From Oopsacas minuta (lineage: Eukaryota; Animalia; Porifera): a DNA stretch of 64,000 bases. Positions 38,315-52,080 of the stretch are shown here, piece by piece. Where the stretch lies: contig JAKMXF010000177.1 in the NCBI GenBank assembly GCA_024704765.1, forward strand, positions 1 through 64,000, in the 5' to 3' direction. Position 1 is the stretch's first letter. Each line of letters starts with the position of its first letter. The notes under the pieces were generated by a model. It saw only the letters and a program-made list of their open reading frames with translations. It made no database searches and was not told the origin of the DNA. The position numbers and the translations under genes are program-made.

Positions 38315-41300
38315 CAGTCTGTCACTTGAAATTGGGAAAGTCTTTTTCAATGTTAGAATGTTCCTAATTGCATTTTCAAATTGGTTATCGTAATAATATT
38401 GATAGTTTGTGTTTTTCAACTATTTCTAGTCATTTCTTAACCAATTGAACTTCTTTAGCTGACTGCGCACAGTGTGGTAAAAAGGCGAAAATGAGGGATT
38501 AGCCAAATTGTAACTTCAAATCGATAATATTTGTATTATACTTATATATGAAATCGACCCCGTACATTTCACTGGACAAGTCAAATTTTTAATTAACCCA
38601 CTCAAAATATGTGAGGATGACGTCATCACTAAAATCACTAATTCATAATTTTAATAGATTATCAGGGATTCATAAAGGGTATCCTGTTCAGATGTTTCAA
38701 GCATGCTATCTTCGTTTGATTTAGCCTTTCTAATACTTTTGTGACGATTTAAAACCAATACAGGGTCACTGAAGCACAAAAGTCTGACTAAAATATCACG
38801 CAAGTTGTCAGAAAAGGAAGTTTTTCTTGCTAGATTTTCTCTATACCTTCTGACATACTTATTGCAAGCCTCTAAACACTCTTCAGAAAGGTTTTGCAGT
38901 CCATAACCATGATTATAGCAATAAATTATTTGAAAACAATGAGCAAGCAGTTTATGAAGAGAGGGAGAGATGCTTACCCAAGGAAAGTGATTCAAAACAA
39001 TTCCATACGTTTCCTTGCAAAGATTTTCAAGACCATGACAATTAATGTGGTCTTTGCTGTTAACTATCCTCAAAATCACCGAGAGGTTGTTTTGAATCAT
39101 TTTAAGGGTTGGTTTATCAACTGGGTTAATAGTGGAGGTAGCGCATCTGAAGAAATCTCTTTTATCTCGAAAACAGTCTCGTGCAACATTGCCAGTTGTT
39201 GAAGTCCCCCTTGACTAGAAGGAATATCGATTTTGATACTACATTTGGCTTCTATAATTGATCTTATTCGTTTCAAAGAATCCTATACTTTTGTGCATGT
39301 AGGTGACCACTTTTTACAACCTGCGTCTAAGTGATATATGAGTAACATATACCACCTAAAGACACAGAGGTACGCATGCAATAGAGAAGCTGCTAAAATG
39401 TTTATTTCGGAAGTAGGGTGGTGGGTAATGCCACAGCGTTTTTGGAAGGTAGGGCAAATATTTCGTCCTCATTAATACCGTCAAATAGTTGATTAGCATC
39501 AGTAATGTATCTATTAATTGGAAAACCTGATCTGGCCCACTCTAAACTATTGATTTCCTTTCCTGTGGCCGTGCAAAGATGACATGATGCACCACCCGCT
39601 TCATCTAATAGACCTGCCATTTTGGTATCAAATATAGATCGAATAATTTCTACTTTTATGTGACGATTTTCAATTGCAATTTCTTGTTCTACAATTAATT
39701 TAGTTGCGGGATTTATGAGTGTATCCATAATAAATTTAAGGTTTTCGTGATTTTCCTTCAACGCAATTAAGCAGACTGCTCTGAATGAAAAAGGTGAATT
39801 GAGGGAAGTATTGACGTATAATGAGAAACCTGTGTTATCTGTTATACTGAGAACTTTAAATCCGAATAGAATAATACTGTGTGTACCTAAACCTGGATTT
39901 GAGTTCACTTGGTTGTAAGAATTGTGTGAGCCTGATCCATCTAGACCGTCTGCAATTCGAACTGACAAAGGATATTGTGAGTTGTTTACAATGGAATCGA
40001 AGCTTAAAAGATGTCGCTGAATTGTTAGTTCGAGTATTTCGAAATAAGGAACTGATACACCAATAGAGTTACCTTCGGGATTAGTGACAAATAAAACGCT
40101 TCGTGAAAGAGAAATTTCTTGACGGTATTGCGATATTACTTTATAGGATGGAAATACGATATCTTGTTTCAGTAATTTCTTCAACTGTGTGATTTGAATG
40201 CTCCAATTTCGAGAAGATCAATTATATAACTTGACATAGGTATCGAAACTTTCTCTACATTTCCGTACGTGCCTGTTGCGATGATTTCTTTGCATATACT
40301 GGAAGTTTCTCGATCATATTCCTGGTTAGAAATTAATTCCAGAGCTAAAGCAGCAACTTTCTTCTCGTCAACCTGCTCCCTTTGGGCAACGAACTGAATA
40401 TGCTTTAGCAAAACGTTCAAACGGTTTCGAGCAGCTTTCATTGTGAGTTTGAATAATGGTTTTCTGATCTCTGTTAGATTCTCTTCAATAAATGAGTGCT
40501 GCTCAGGGATAGAATCGACTGTGTCAATCGACATTAGTGATCCAGAGTTACAAGTAGTGACTGAATAAAACTCCATACCCTCCCAAACATTTAAGTTGTA
40601 AATCTTCTGGTAATGATCTCTGGATCTTCGAAGATTTCTTAATTTCCAACGAATAGTTTCAAACAGATCATCTGACAAGGAATGAACTTCAATTATCTGA
40701 CGAGCTGCACCAGAACAATTCCAACCATGTGATTTATAGATATCGTATGCTTCTTTTTGTGTAATAAATGTTTTATCCATTGAACTGGTGGAAGGAAGTA
40801 ATGTCTAGTAAGAATCAATAATGGGATAAATAACACAAGTTTGAAATTGAGCCGATCCCAGGGAAATTTGGATTGAAATTCGAAATGGGTGGGGAATGGG
40901 GCGCTAAAAATTGTATTAAATTAAGGGTAGTACAGTACTTTAACATTGTTAAAAATATAGAGGCCCCATATTGTACCCATGTAAAAATCTACCTCTGAGT
41001 ATGTCGAAATACATCCCAAAATTTGGTAATTTTCGGGGTTTCGAAAAAGAGTTCTCTCAAAAATTTCTATTAAGTTTGGGAGATATTAATCTTCAAAGTT
41101 ATGATAGTAATACTTATAAATGAATCACGAATTGAATTACTTGCAAGTAGGCATTTGATTGCATCTACTGCTAGAATTTATGATAACGTAATTATAGTTC
41201 GGAAAATGTTTTGAAACCTTATAAAATTACGTCATTAGATAATGAAAATTTAAATTCACAAATAGAAGCTGAACCACAGTAAACACAATATAGTTGTATT

Positions 41301-42625
41301 CTCGACAGACTATTGAACAATATTAGAACAATTATAGATAGTTATGAGACCACAAAAAATTTGGCTAATTCTAGATGATACCACACTGTGCTGCGGTTGC
41401 AAAATATTTCAATTTATACTTAGTTACTAATCAAATATTCTATATAAATATTTATCACTTGAATTTCTCGCAACACTCCTATTTCTTCGCTAATAATTCT
41501 TTACTTTCATCAATTCAAAACCTTAAAATGAACGAGCAAGAACAGCGTAACATTATCAAGATACTTTTCGACACAGGAATCACGAATTGTATGGAATTAT
41601 CTCGAAGAACTGGAGTTCCAAAAAGTACAGTTTATCGCACTGCTTACAAATTGAGGAATGCTGAATCCGTTGATAGAAAGATTGGTTCCGGGAAAGAGCG
41701 TCAGATCAAAGCAAATAACGCTAGATCACTTGTTAGTTTGGCAATCAACAATCCTAGGTTATCTGTGAGGAAGTTGACTTGCAAATTTAACAAAAGGCGG
41801 GGTCTATCGTTCTCACACGAGGCTGTAAGGATTGAGATGAAGCGGTATGGCTTCACCCGCAAGGTTGCTAGAAAGATTCCGATGCTTACACAAACCTATA
41901 AGGCTCATCGTGTCGATTGGGCTAAGTCTAACAGATGTAGAGATTGGGAGAAAGTGATATTTAGCGATGAGATGTCTATTTGGCTAGCTGGTGGCAGAGC
42001 ATGTGTCTGGTGTAAAGGTGATTCGAAACCAGTAAAACCCAGTACGAAACACTCTCCTAAATTGCATGTTTGGCAGCGTTTTCAGCACGTGGAACGTTTC
42101 CTATCAAGATTTTCAGAGAAAATCTCACCGGGCGACTTTACTGCGACATTCTGCACGAATGTTTAGTAGAACAAGCAAGTGTCTTGTACCCTGATGGATG
42201 GGTTTTCTAGGAAGACAACGATCCCAAACACACGTGCAACCTTGCTAAAGGATACATAGAGGTGAAAGGGATACATAAGATGGATTGGCCTACTTGTAGT
42301 CCGGATTTGAATCCGATCGAGAACCTCTGGTCGTGGATCAAGAGAGAAATCGATTTGAAGTCACCACGAAATTTAAATGAGCTGGAAAGGGAGCTAAATG
42401 AAGCATGGAATTATTTAGAAAATGAATTTTTACGTCCATTTTGGTCATCGATGCCAAAAAGAGTCAAATTAGTACGGAAAAGTAACAGAAATAAGATAAA
42501 TTATTGGGCCTACTATATTATTGATTGTTTAAGGATTCTAATAACATATTTAGAATAGAAACACACTAAATGTACTTGTAGCTAGGGAAAAACAAAGATC
42601 TTCCCAATTTCAAGTTGACAGACTG
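38315..42625 (+). mobile_element. Tc1-like transposon carrying RAG1-like element D in its 5' non-coding region; transposase about 41528-42520, frameshifted
   Basis: TA|CAGTCTGTCA(A)CTTGAAATTGGGAA at both ends. Motifs FSDEM, EDNDPKH and DLNPIENLW. Confidence 0.9.
38468..41390 (-). mobile_element. RAG1-like transposon D (2923 bp); decayed ORF about 40780-38651
   Basis: TIR CACAGTGTGGTA at both ends and 5-bp TSD CTGCG (38463-67, 41391-95). Motifs RKPLFKLTMKAARNRL, DGLDGSG, SIFDTK..CHLC, LHKLLAH and SEECLEACNKYVRRYRENLARK. Confidence 0.95.
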
Positions 42626-43259
42626 TATACAATGAATTACAAAAATATTTGACTTCTTCACAAAAATATATAAATTGCACAGATAACAAATTTCTGATGG
42701 TAAATCTGAAATCTGCATAATCGATTCACCCAGGTTAGCATTTCAAAGCAAGTTTCTAGCAAAAAATTAAAATTCGAAATTGTTAAAAAACGTGTAAAAT
42801 ATAATTTACGAAGCCATTGAGGGACCCCTAAATCACTTCATAAATATCTGAAATTCTTTCCACAATCATTTTATGATATATAGAAACTTCTTAGGGGGTC
42901 CCCATAAACCTTCAAAAATTCGATTTTTTTGGGACGCACTACTGCATGAGTGTATTAGTGTGGTGAATTAACACGCTCTCGGTACCGTTACTATAGCCCG
43001 TCCCTAATATACTAGGTAGTACTCTGCGGGTTTATAAGTTCAGATCCTACAAACTTTACTTTATACGAATAAGACAGATACCTAACGACTTAGAACCGTA
43101 AACTTTGATATATCATTTATATACAAACGGGTATACTCACAATGTATTGCGGAAATGTTACTCTTTAATATTAATTATGACGTCATTTAAATATTCATTT
43201 TGGCCTCCATTACTATTATTTACCTTAAATATTTCCCTGCTTGATAATTTGCTCTGAGA

Positions 43260-44232
43260 ATGACTCAATACGAGAAGAAAGAAATTGTGAAGACACTTCT
43301 ACAATCCGGGAAGCTTTTGCCCAAGGAAATCTCTGTTAATTGTGGAATTTCCTTACCTACAGTTCATAATGTTAAACGCCGATTAGATGAAGGTGTACCG
43401 CTATCTCACCAAAAGGGAGCAGGGAGAACCAATAACTTGCGATCTTCCATCAAATTGTCTATTCTTCACCGGGTACGATGTAAACCATACCTCTCTTTGC
43501 GAACATTAGCAAGTCGTACAGGTAATAAGGCTTCCTATCAGACTGTCCGGAGAGCGTTGAAGAACAAATCTTACAACAAACCCTACCCTGTTCAGATCCC
43601 TATGCTGAGTGAAAAAATCGCATGTACAGCATAGAATGAGCGATAAAGTACAAATACTCGAAGAAGCAATGGGTCCAAACAATATTTCTCGACGAGATGT
43701 CAATTTGGCTCTCAAGGGGAAGAATAAGGATGTGGACAAAATGCAACAAAAAAGGATCGCCTAAACAACGAAGCAAGTCCCAAAGATACACGTGTGGGCT
43801 GCATTTTCATCTATGGGTACATTCCCATTGTACGTTTTCACAAACAATATGAACAATGGAATGTTTTTAGATATAATTGAAGGATATTTGATAACTCAGG
43901 CACAGGTATAACATGAAAGTCACGGGCGATTAGTGATGGATAATGATCCAAAACCCACCTCGCAAAGTGTCCGCACATGGTTGGCACAAAATGTACCAAA
44001 TCAGATTCCATGGCCTTCACAAAATCCAGATCTTGACCCCATTGAAAACTTGTTCGCATGGGTGAAGCGAGAGATACTTAAGCTAGGCCCAAGGGCAATT
44101 CCAGAACTGAAACTCAATTTAGAAGCGGTCTGGAATCGTATTCAACCAGATTTTCTTTGAGCTTACTGAGAATCAATGCCCAGAAGATGCCAACTAGTAG
44201 TAGAGGGCAACGAGCATCCTATTAATTATTAA
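43260..44232 (+). mobile_element. Decayed Tc1-like transposase; TIRs not confidently placed
   Basis: HTH ORF 43260-43634, FLDEM, MDNDPKP and DLDPIENLF. Confidence 0.8.
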
Positions 44233-46001
44233 GATCTATTACTTCACTTTCAATTTGGGGCATATATGGCAATGTATACTATAACTTTAATAATTTTCGG
44301 CTTAAGTAACAATTCTAAATAATTATGTAACAGAGTGTATTTGAACGTATTATCCGTCTAGCTTATTCTCGAATCATGAGATATTGACACTATTAGATCT
44401 GTATAAGTAATATTATTATCAATTATTATACAATGTGGTTAACTATGTTGTGATTTCTCATTAAAGATTCGAGGACTGCTTTTTGATGCAAAAGTTAATC
44501 TCATTAATAAGCCTAATAGAAGTCACGTCACCAAAATTGTAGAGGTTAAGTGGATACTTACAAAAGGTGGAACCATACTGCCACCGGAAACTCACGAATC
44601 AGCCAACCTGAATAAGAAAATGTATTGATATTTGTACAAAAATATTTAAAATAATTCATGATTAAATAAATTAACACAGATGAACGTATTTAGGTTTCAG
44701 CTGTTTTCCAACCAATCAGCAAATAATAAGATCATATGACGTCTTTTCGGAGTGAGAATATTTTCTACATAAAAACGTGTGATTCATCACATCCTAATTG
44801 TGAAAGTTGATAACTTCGCTATCTTCATTAATGTTATAAATTACATATTTGTACTTCGAATCAACTATAATCCATTACCTGTAGATTCATAGTTTAGAAA
44901 ATAACTCTAATTTTCAGTCAATGTATTACTTAGTTCAGGACACTGAGGAATATAAACTAAAGTAGATTGATGCGCTGAAATATGCAAAAATATAATATAT
45001 ATAATTACTTCTATTACTTCCCGTAATTATATGGTATATCTTTTCGTAAAATCGATTGACACGAATTACACTATAGAGAAAATTCTACATCTAATAATAA
45101 GTTGCTAAGTGACGAAATTGACAATAAGATTTTCTTCTAATCATAAATAAAATTCCCCAGAAAATTATTTAGACCTCTGTTCTCAAATTTCATAATATTT
45201 CATAAATACAAAATTTAAGTGAATGTATTACATAAGCATTACAGTTTGCATATTTTGCAAGATTTTAGGGTTGCACACATCCTTTTGTGCATCAACCAAC
45301 GGGAATTCTGAGTATTTAGTAGAAATATATGAACATTTTATTCTTTCGTAGAAACGTATCCAAAAAATGTTTGATGACGTCAGGAATTATAACTAAATCA
45401 ATTTATGTATGTTTAGTTCAGTTTAAAGTAAGTGGCCGAAAAAGCGATAGAATTGGGGTGATATTTCTGTGAAACTTCTATTGACTAAAACTTTTACAAT
45501 CTTTGCACCAAATATTTCGCATTATGAGTTAACAATATAAATTGCCTTAACCCTATAAATACTATCTTCCTATAATTTGTAAAATCACAGGAAAATGTAT
45601 TAAATTAGCGTAGTATAAGTTTTTTGAGACTTTAATCGACTTTAAGCACAAATTACTAGTGACATCGTAATATACACTATCACCACAACAAACAATACAC
45701 TGCATTAATGTAAGTTCCATAAATCTAGTGCTATGGCTTCACCTTATATACTTTGTATCAGAAATCTAATTAATAGTATAGGATTCACTACTGAAATAAT
45801 CAGGATGATGAAAATGCTGTTACATAATAGCAAATATTGCCGTTTGCTGTGGACAGGCCAATTATGCCTATTAGCAACAATCCTAAAGTCAGTTAACAGT
45901 TAAACTTTGTATTATTTGCTTTGAGGTCAAAATATTGTAGAAATAACCTAAGTATAACAACCTAAACAAATTACTCCATTTAGGTATTATACAGTATAAA
46001 C

Positions 46002-48347
46002 CAGTGGTTCTCAACAAGGGGGATATCCTCCCATTGGGGGGATGACAATACCGAAGAAGGGGGATACATATCCGCAGAGAACAATCTACACTTGGGGTGT
46101 GCGTAAATAATCTAGTCAGAGGAGGCTCCTCGCTAGCGCTACTTATTTTATATCTTTGTATTCAATTTCTCGCTCTTTTAAAAAGCCATTTGCATATTAC
46201 GTCGATAAAGTTAGTACTCAGATATAATTATTGTTAATACTTTGTAAGGGTTCGAAAATATGGCATGCATCTGACAAATATAAATTGCTTTGTATGACAA
46301 TAAATACTATGTAATCGATTGTGAATACTTATCGATGTGTAATTCCAATAATATGAATAATATAGCATCCTATTGATCGATACAATTTTCATTTTACAAT
46401 ATACATAAATATGACATAGAACTGTATCTACATTAATTCATTTTCAATCTTATCATTGCAATACTTTATTATACAATCAGAAGATTATGTCCGAACCAAA
46501 TGCAAAACGCAGAATTCGACATTATGATCCTCTTATCTGCAGTTTGGATTCATTTCTAGTCCAGACGAATTAAAACCTCTTTGTTTGACCTGCCATGTAT
46601 GCTTGGCGAATGATTCCATGAGGCCTCATCATTTAAAAGCGTATCAATTTTCAAAACATCCCACAGAGGTGGGCAGCCAATAGAGTACTTTTCGCAGAAA
46701 AAGAAACTCTATTCGAATCAACACAAATCTTTTTTTCTCTTCACAAGTCTACCGATTTGAAATGTCGTATTTTGACATCCTATGGAGTATCTTTTCTAAT
46801 CGCAAAGCTTAAAAAACTCCACACAGATGCAAAAACTCTAATCAAACCTTCACTGTTGGCATGTGCCAAGCATGTTCTGGGAAGTGCGGCAGCTGAGAAA
46901 CTAGACAAAATCCCGTTATCTAATGATACAGTAAAAAGGAGGATTAGTGAAATTTCACAGAATTTAGAAGATAAATTGGTTCGGCTTAAAAGGATATTCC
47001 TATCAGCAATCTACTCTTATGTCTGTATGCGTTTCATCGATAACGATTGCATAAAGGAAGGATTGCTTTTCGTTGATTATTTTAAATGTTGTTGCACTGG
47101 ACAAGATATCTTCATGATGGTTAGATCCTATTTGACTCACATCAGATTAGTTCAAGCCAAGTTGTTAGTGTTTGTACAGATGGAGCTCGAAATATGACTG
47201 GTAGAGATACTGGATTCTGGGGATGTTTTAAATGGGAAGTAGCGCAGTACAGTTTTATCCATTGTATGCTTCATAAACAGGCGCTAGCTGCTAAAAATCT
47301 CCAGCCTGAACTTCATGAAACACTTAACCTTGTCATCAAAGTTGTGAACTTTGTCAAATCAAGTCCTTTGAACGAACGTATACTAAAAAACTATGTGAAG
47401 ATTCGGAAGCAGAACACGACGTCCTCCTTTTCCACACAGAAGTTCGCTGGCTTAGTAGAGGAAAAGCTCTTGAACGAGTATATTCTATTTATGATCAGTT
47501 ATGTGAATTTCTAGATCAGAAACATATCTTCGAGACAGAAGAGTTTTCATCGATCTATTTCAAACTGAAATTAGCTTATCTCACTGAAATCTTCTCTTAC
47601 TATAACCTGAGTAATCTTAGGTTGCTGGGAGATGGGATTTTTCTTCAAGCGGCTATAGAAAATGTGATTACATTTCAAAATAAGTTGAAATTCTTTCGTT
47701 TACGTATACTGAGCAACCATTGGAACATGTTCCCACGTGTAGAAGCACTTCTTTCTCTTTCACCACATCTTGAAGTTGAATTTACTCCACTTGTCGAAGA
47801 ACATTTGATGAATCTAGTCACTGATTTTTCCAATCGCTTTTCGGAGGTTCCATCAATCCCTAAATACCTGATAACCCCGATGGATATGTCACTGGAAGAT
47901 ATGATGGACTTAGACAACATCCTAGGAGACGAGTTGTTATGTTTACAGGGAAATGAGGAGGCAAAAGCTAAATATTCTTGTGCAAACAAAACGAAATTCT
48001 GGTTTTTAGTGAAGGGGATAGCACCAAATATTTTCAAAACAGCTGAAATATTGCTTTTGCTTGCATTTCCAACAACATATTTTTGTGAGAAAACGTTTTC
48101 TTCAGCAAATTTTCTTGGGTCAAAACACCGCAGGCGACTAGACTTCAAGGAAGATTTAAGGATATCAGCATCGAGTTATAGTCCAGATATTGAAATATTA
48201 GCATCTAAAAAGCAATTACAAGGTTCGCAGTAATTACTGTTAATTTGAATTAAAAAAAAAGAATTTCAAATTAATTGGGGAGAGGGGAGGGCAAAAGGGA
48301 GAGTAAACTTCATGGGAGGGAAGGCCAGAAAAGGTTGAGAACCACTG
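46002..48347 (+). mobile_element. Charlie/Buster-type hAT transposon, decayed
   Basis: TIR CAGTGGTTCTCAAC at both ends and 8-bp TSD GTATAAAC (45994-46001, 48348-55). Motifs IPLSNDTVKRRI, HCMLHKQAL and FPTTYFCEKTFS. Confidence 0.95.
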
Positions 48348-49652
48348 GTATAAACTCGTAATAAGAATACGTTTAAGTCCTTGAAAACAAAATCTAGGCT
48401 AAATTTCAGTAAAGATAATAAATTTTGTCAGAACGAACTGACATATTCATATTTGTGGCACTTACCAAAAATATGTGCGCCAATCCTTAATTGAAAAAAG
48501 AATGCGGCAAAAATGGACATCATCTCCAACTATATAAATATTTGCAAGTCAATTTAGTGAATCTCAAACCTTTATTTCATTCGAGAAATAATATTCCGGT
48601 GATGTGCAACTTCTGCTACATATGGTAGTAATATGAAATTAGAAATATAACAACAAGATATTCTCTAAACAATTCGAAAAACTCACAATGGGGTCATACA
48701 GACCTGTAAAATTCAAATAAGCAGTTAAAAATGTTCCATCTCAATAGGTTAATATGCAATCTTCAATTGGACATATAGTTAGCTCATTATTTATTTAATG
48801 GGCCAAATGAGGCCAGAAATACATAAATTGAAATATTCATCAACTACTCAGTTCATTATCAGCGCACAAGAAATGAATGGTTATTAAAAAACATGTAAGG
48901 ATGTTAAAAAAAATCACGAAATCTATTCAACGAGTAAGGCTGAATAGGAACCACAATTTTGAGGAATTCAATGCCAAATAGCTAATGGAATCAGCGAAAT
49001 ACAGATAAAATATTGACCACTTCGACAAAAATTTTGCGAAACTTGATAAAGTAGAATTTACGATAAATGCTCCCTATGAAACCGCTTATTGAGGAGTTTT
49101 AAGGGTAAATATGTACTATATACTCTATACTAGAATAAATTAACAAGATTTTAAGAGCCCCCGCAGCAAGAAGTTTCGCGAAGACGCCCAGCATAATTCT
49201 GCGAAGCATGCTTGTATTTAATAGAGTTTAACCTTTTATTCAATCTGAAGCAAGTATTGCTGAATAAATACCATGGAAAAGCAATAAAAATCCAACAATA
49301 AAAACACCTTTGTGGTAATACAAACTGCATTATTTCATGAGGCACACGGAAGCGTCACTGTTAATGTTCGCTTAAGAAATTTCTGTTGAAAACACTGTCC
49401 AGATCACATATTTAACTACTCGCTTTACAGCACCTAAAACTGCCAGTTCAGCAGCTATAAATGCCTCTGAGACTCAAATTTGTTAGATTCCACTCCACAA
49501 TTCCGGGAGCCGCCCTTACAAGATAAAGTGCCCACCCATAAATTCCTGTGTAAACCTCAGGTCCAGGTTAAAGAAAGAATACTTTGAAGGATATATCACA
49601 GTCAGGACAAACCTAGACTATTTAATATGCAATGAAAATACAAATAATATAC

Positions 49653-50108
49653 CAGAGTAGAATCCTTCTGATGAGACGCATTATTGAGTGAATCTTGATT
49701 TGTAATACGTTTCCCTTCGATTAAATTAGGTAAAAAAACATTCATTCGACGCGGACCACGTAATCCAAAAATATTCTTTTCATATGTAATCAAAGATAAT
49801 TCTTCTCGAATATTACTTCGATCTGGGAGAGCTCTTTCACTATCAGGACTAACTCCTTCAGAGTATATGATAAAGCCAGTACCGAGAAAATTTGCACGAA
49901 GCTTGCCAATGTTACCAATACCACACTTTGAAAGATCTTGCATATTTGTCGTAATCAGATAGTTACAAAATTTACTCTTTTTACGTCTTCGAGAAGCCAA
50001 GATAAATAAATTTTCATTTGTCTTAGGGTCTTCAATAAACATTTGATAGGTAGGAAACATATTTTTATCGAGACCGTGCTTGTCACGGTGTATTTGGCAA
50101 TAGTGAAC
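49653..50108 (-). CDS. TUB: Tubby-family protein, internal exon (152 codons, phase 0 at both ends)
   Basis: ataatAG|GTT start and CTG|GTatatt end. Translation VHYCQIHRDKHGLDKNMFPTY..LASRRRKKSKFCNYLIT..GKLRANFLGTGFIIY..YEKNIFGLRGPRRM is the Tub-domain N-terminal half. Upstream exons were not located. Confidence 0.93.
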
Positions 50109-50320
50109 CTATTATAGAATATAGTATGAATTAAAGAATGTTTGTTTGTAAATATTATTGGCAACTACATCGAATGCAATTTGAATAACTATAGATAGTA
50201 CAATTGACAAGTACATAGACTACAATATATAGGACTAACTGTAAAGAATCAATTCCTTTGATAAATTTGCGATTATCCAACTACACATAGAACAAAGGGT
50301 AAAATGTGATTTATCATATA

Positions 50321-50907
50321 CAGTGGAAGCTGCTTATTCGGGACTCGCACAATCAAGATATCCGCTTAAACGGGACAATGTTTTAAGCACAGATTTTTAC
50401 ATGCAAAAATTGGCGGTTAATTGGGACATCGAATAGGTTATTCGGCAAATCTTATCTCGATTAACCGAATAAGAAAATTTCATTATAATTAACCTGGCTC
50501 ACTCACCTCATGTCCCATTGCCTATTCCATCATGTATAAATTGTCTCAATAATCCACTGTTGTTTATCTAAATGTTTCCATGATCCTATGGAGTACGAAA
50601 TTGAAGTTGCGGTAATATGCAAGTGTATTATTGTTTTAACTTTAATTACTTACTTTCTACCTATATATCGTGATGTTTTTAGTTACCTCTTCAAACGGGA
50701 CAATACCCTTACTAGTTACAACAACTTATCTCTACTAGATCCTATATAATTCAGGATTTAGAAGTAGTGTAATAAGAAATTCATGTTTACGTGACAAAGA
50801 AAAACTAGTAGCAGATACGTAAATAAATCATAATCGCAAATAGGGACAATCGGTTAATCGGTACAAAACATTGACTCTCAGCAGTCCCGATAAAGCGGAT
50901 TCCACTG
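50321..50907. mobile_element. Non-autonomous pogo/Tigger-like MITE (587 bp)
   Basis: TA|CAGTGGAAGCTGCTTATTCGGGACT at the left and TA|CAGTGGAATCCGCTTTATCGGGACT (reverse complement) at the right. Confidence 0.85.
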
Positions 50908-51189
50908 TACTAGACGGAATGAAGGACAGAAAGAGTTGCTAAAACGCAAACACTTCGTCAGATGCTTCTTGGACTCTCAATGATGTATTATTGGTTATAT
51001 TATGTCTCATAAATATCATCCTACTCATGGTGAATACAATATCGATATATAATCCTAACTTAAATCAGTAAAGACTTTAGTTATAGTGACTCAAGTATTG
51101 AAGTACAAGTTGAACAGTGATCCACTGAACTTGAAAAATTGTAGAATTTGTAACATTTTCACAACCCTGCTATTATTGACAGATATGGA

Positions 51190-52080
51190 TGTTGACAATG
51201 GGAAGTTATAGGTCAGAAATCCTGCTATTGGTAAAGATTAATCTGGTTCTACATAGACATACATAGCAAAGAAGCTCAGAAATGATGTTAGAACAGTGAG
51301 AAGGTTATAGACAAAAGTAATTCTTCGAAAAACAGAGGAAACAGAAAAAATTTCTGTCTGGCGAATAAAGACTGGACTCTCGTAGACTGAAAAGACAACT
51401 TCTGTCTGATGAGTCTAAACTTGAGAAATTTCATCCCAAGAATCGACAAAATGACAAGATATGGACAAGTGATAGCTCAAATATGACCCAAAACAATCCC
51501 AAATTTGCCAAGGAATTCGCAATTTAGGGGATAATGAGCTTTCCCAGTACCTCCAAACTGCACTTCATCCTTCCCAAACTACAGGAATGATGGCCGACTA
51601 TATTGATGAGGTCCTGGTGAAGTTATGCTTGCAGGCTTTCCCGAAACGATGAAAGTGGCCCAGTTTGGGAGAGAAATATGCGTAAGTACAAGTCAAAAGA
51701 TAACTTTATGCAGGATGGTGCCACTGTTCTCACTTCCAAAAAATCCAAGATGGTTTCAAGAGGAACGTACCAAACTATTGGATAAACTAGAATGGCTATG
51801 CAACTCTCCTGACGCAAACGTAGTTGAAAAGCTGTGGGGATTTTGAAGGAAGAGCTAAACAAGCTGGACACCCAAAAGTATCTCTGACATAAAAACTAAA
51901 ATTGGCCTAGATGACAATAAACAGAACTATTTGCAAACTTTGATAGATAATGCCTAAAAGATAACAACTTATATCAAATTAGATGGAAATATAAATCCCA
52001 ATGAACAATCATACATATTCCAATTTTCTATTAATACACAGATAGAAATATAATGGGGTAATAATTTTGAGGCACCATTA
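51190..52080 (+). mobile_element. Heavily decayed Tc1-like element related to 22422-23761
   Basis: Remnants LSDESKL, HPKNRQNDKIW, MQDGATV and SPDANVVEKLW. Confidence 0.7.

Noticed and set aside
11133-41390. RAG2-like gene (kelch repeats + PHD) in or next to the RAG1-like elements
   Set aside because: No ORF with such features was seen, and the elements have no space for one.
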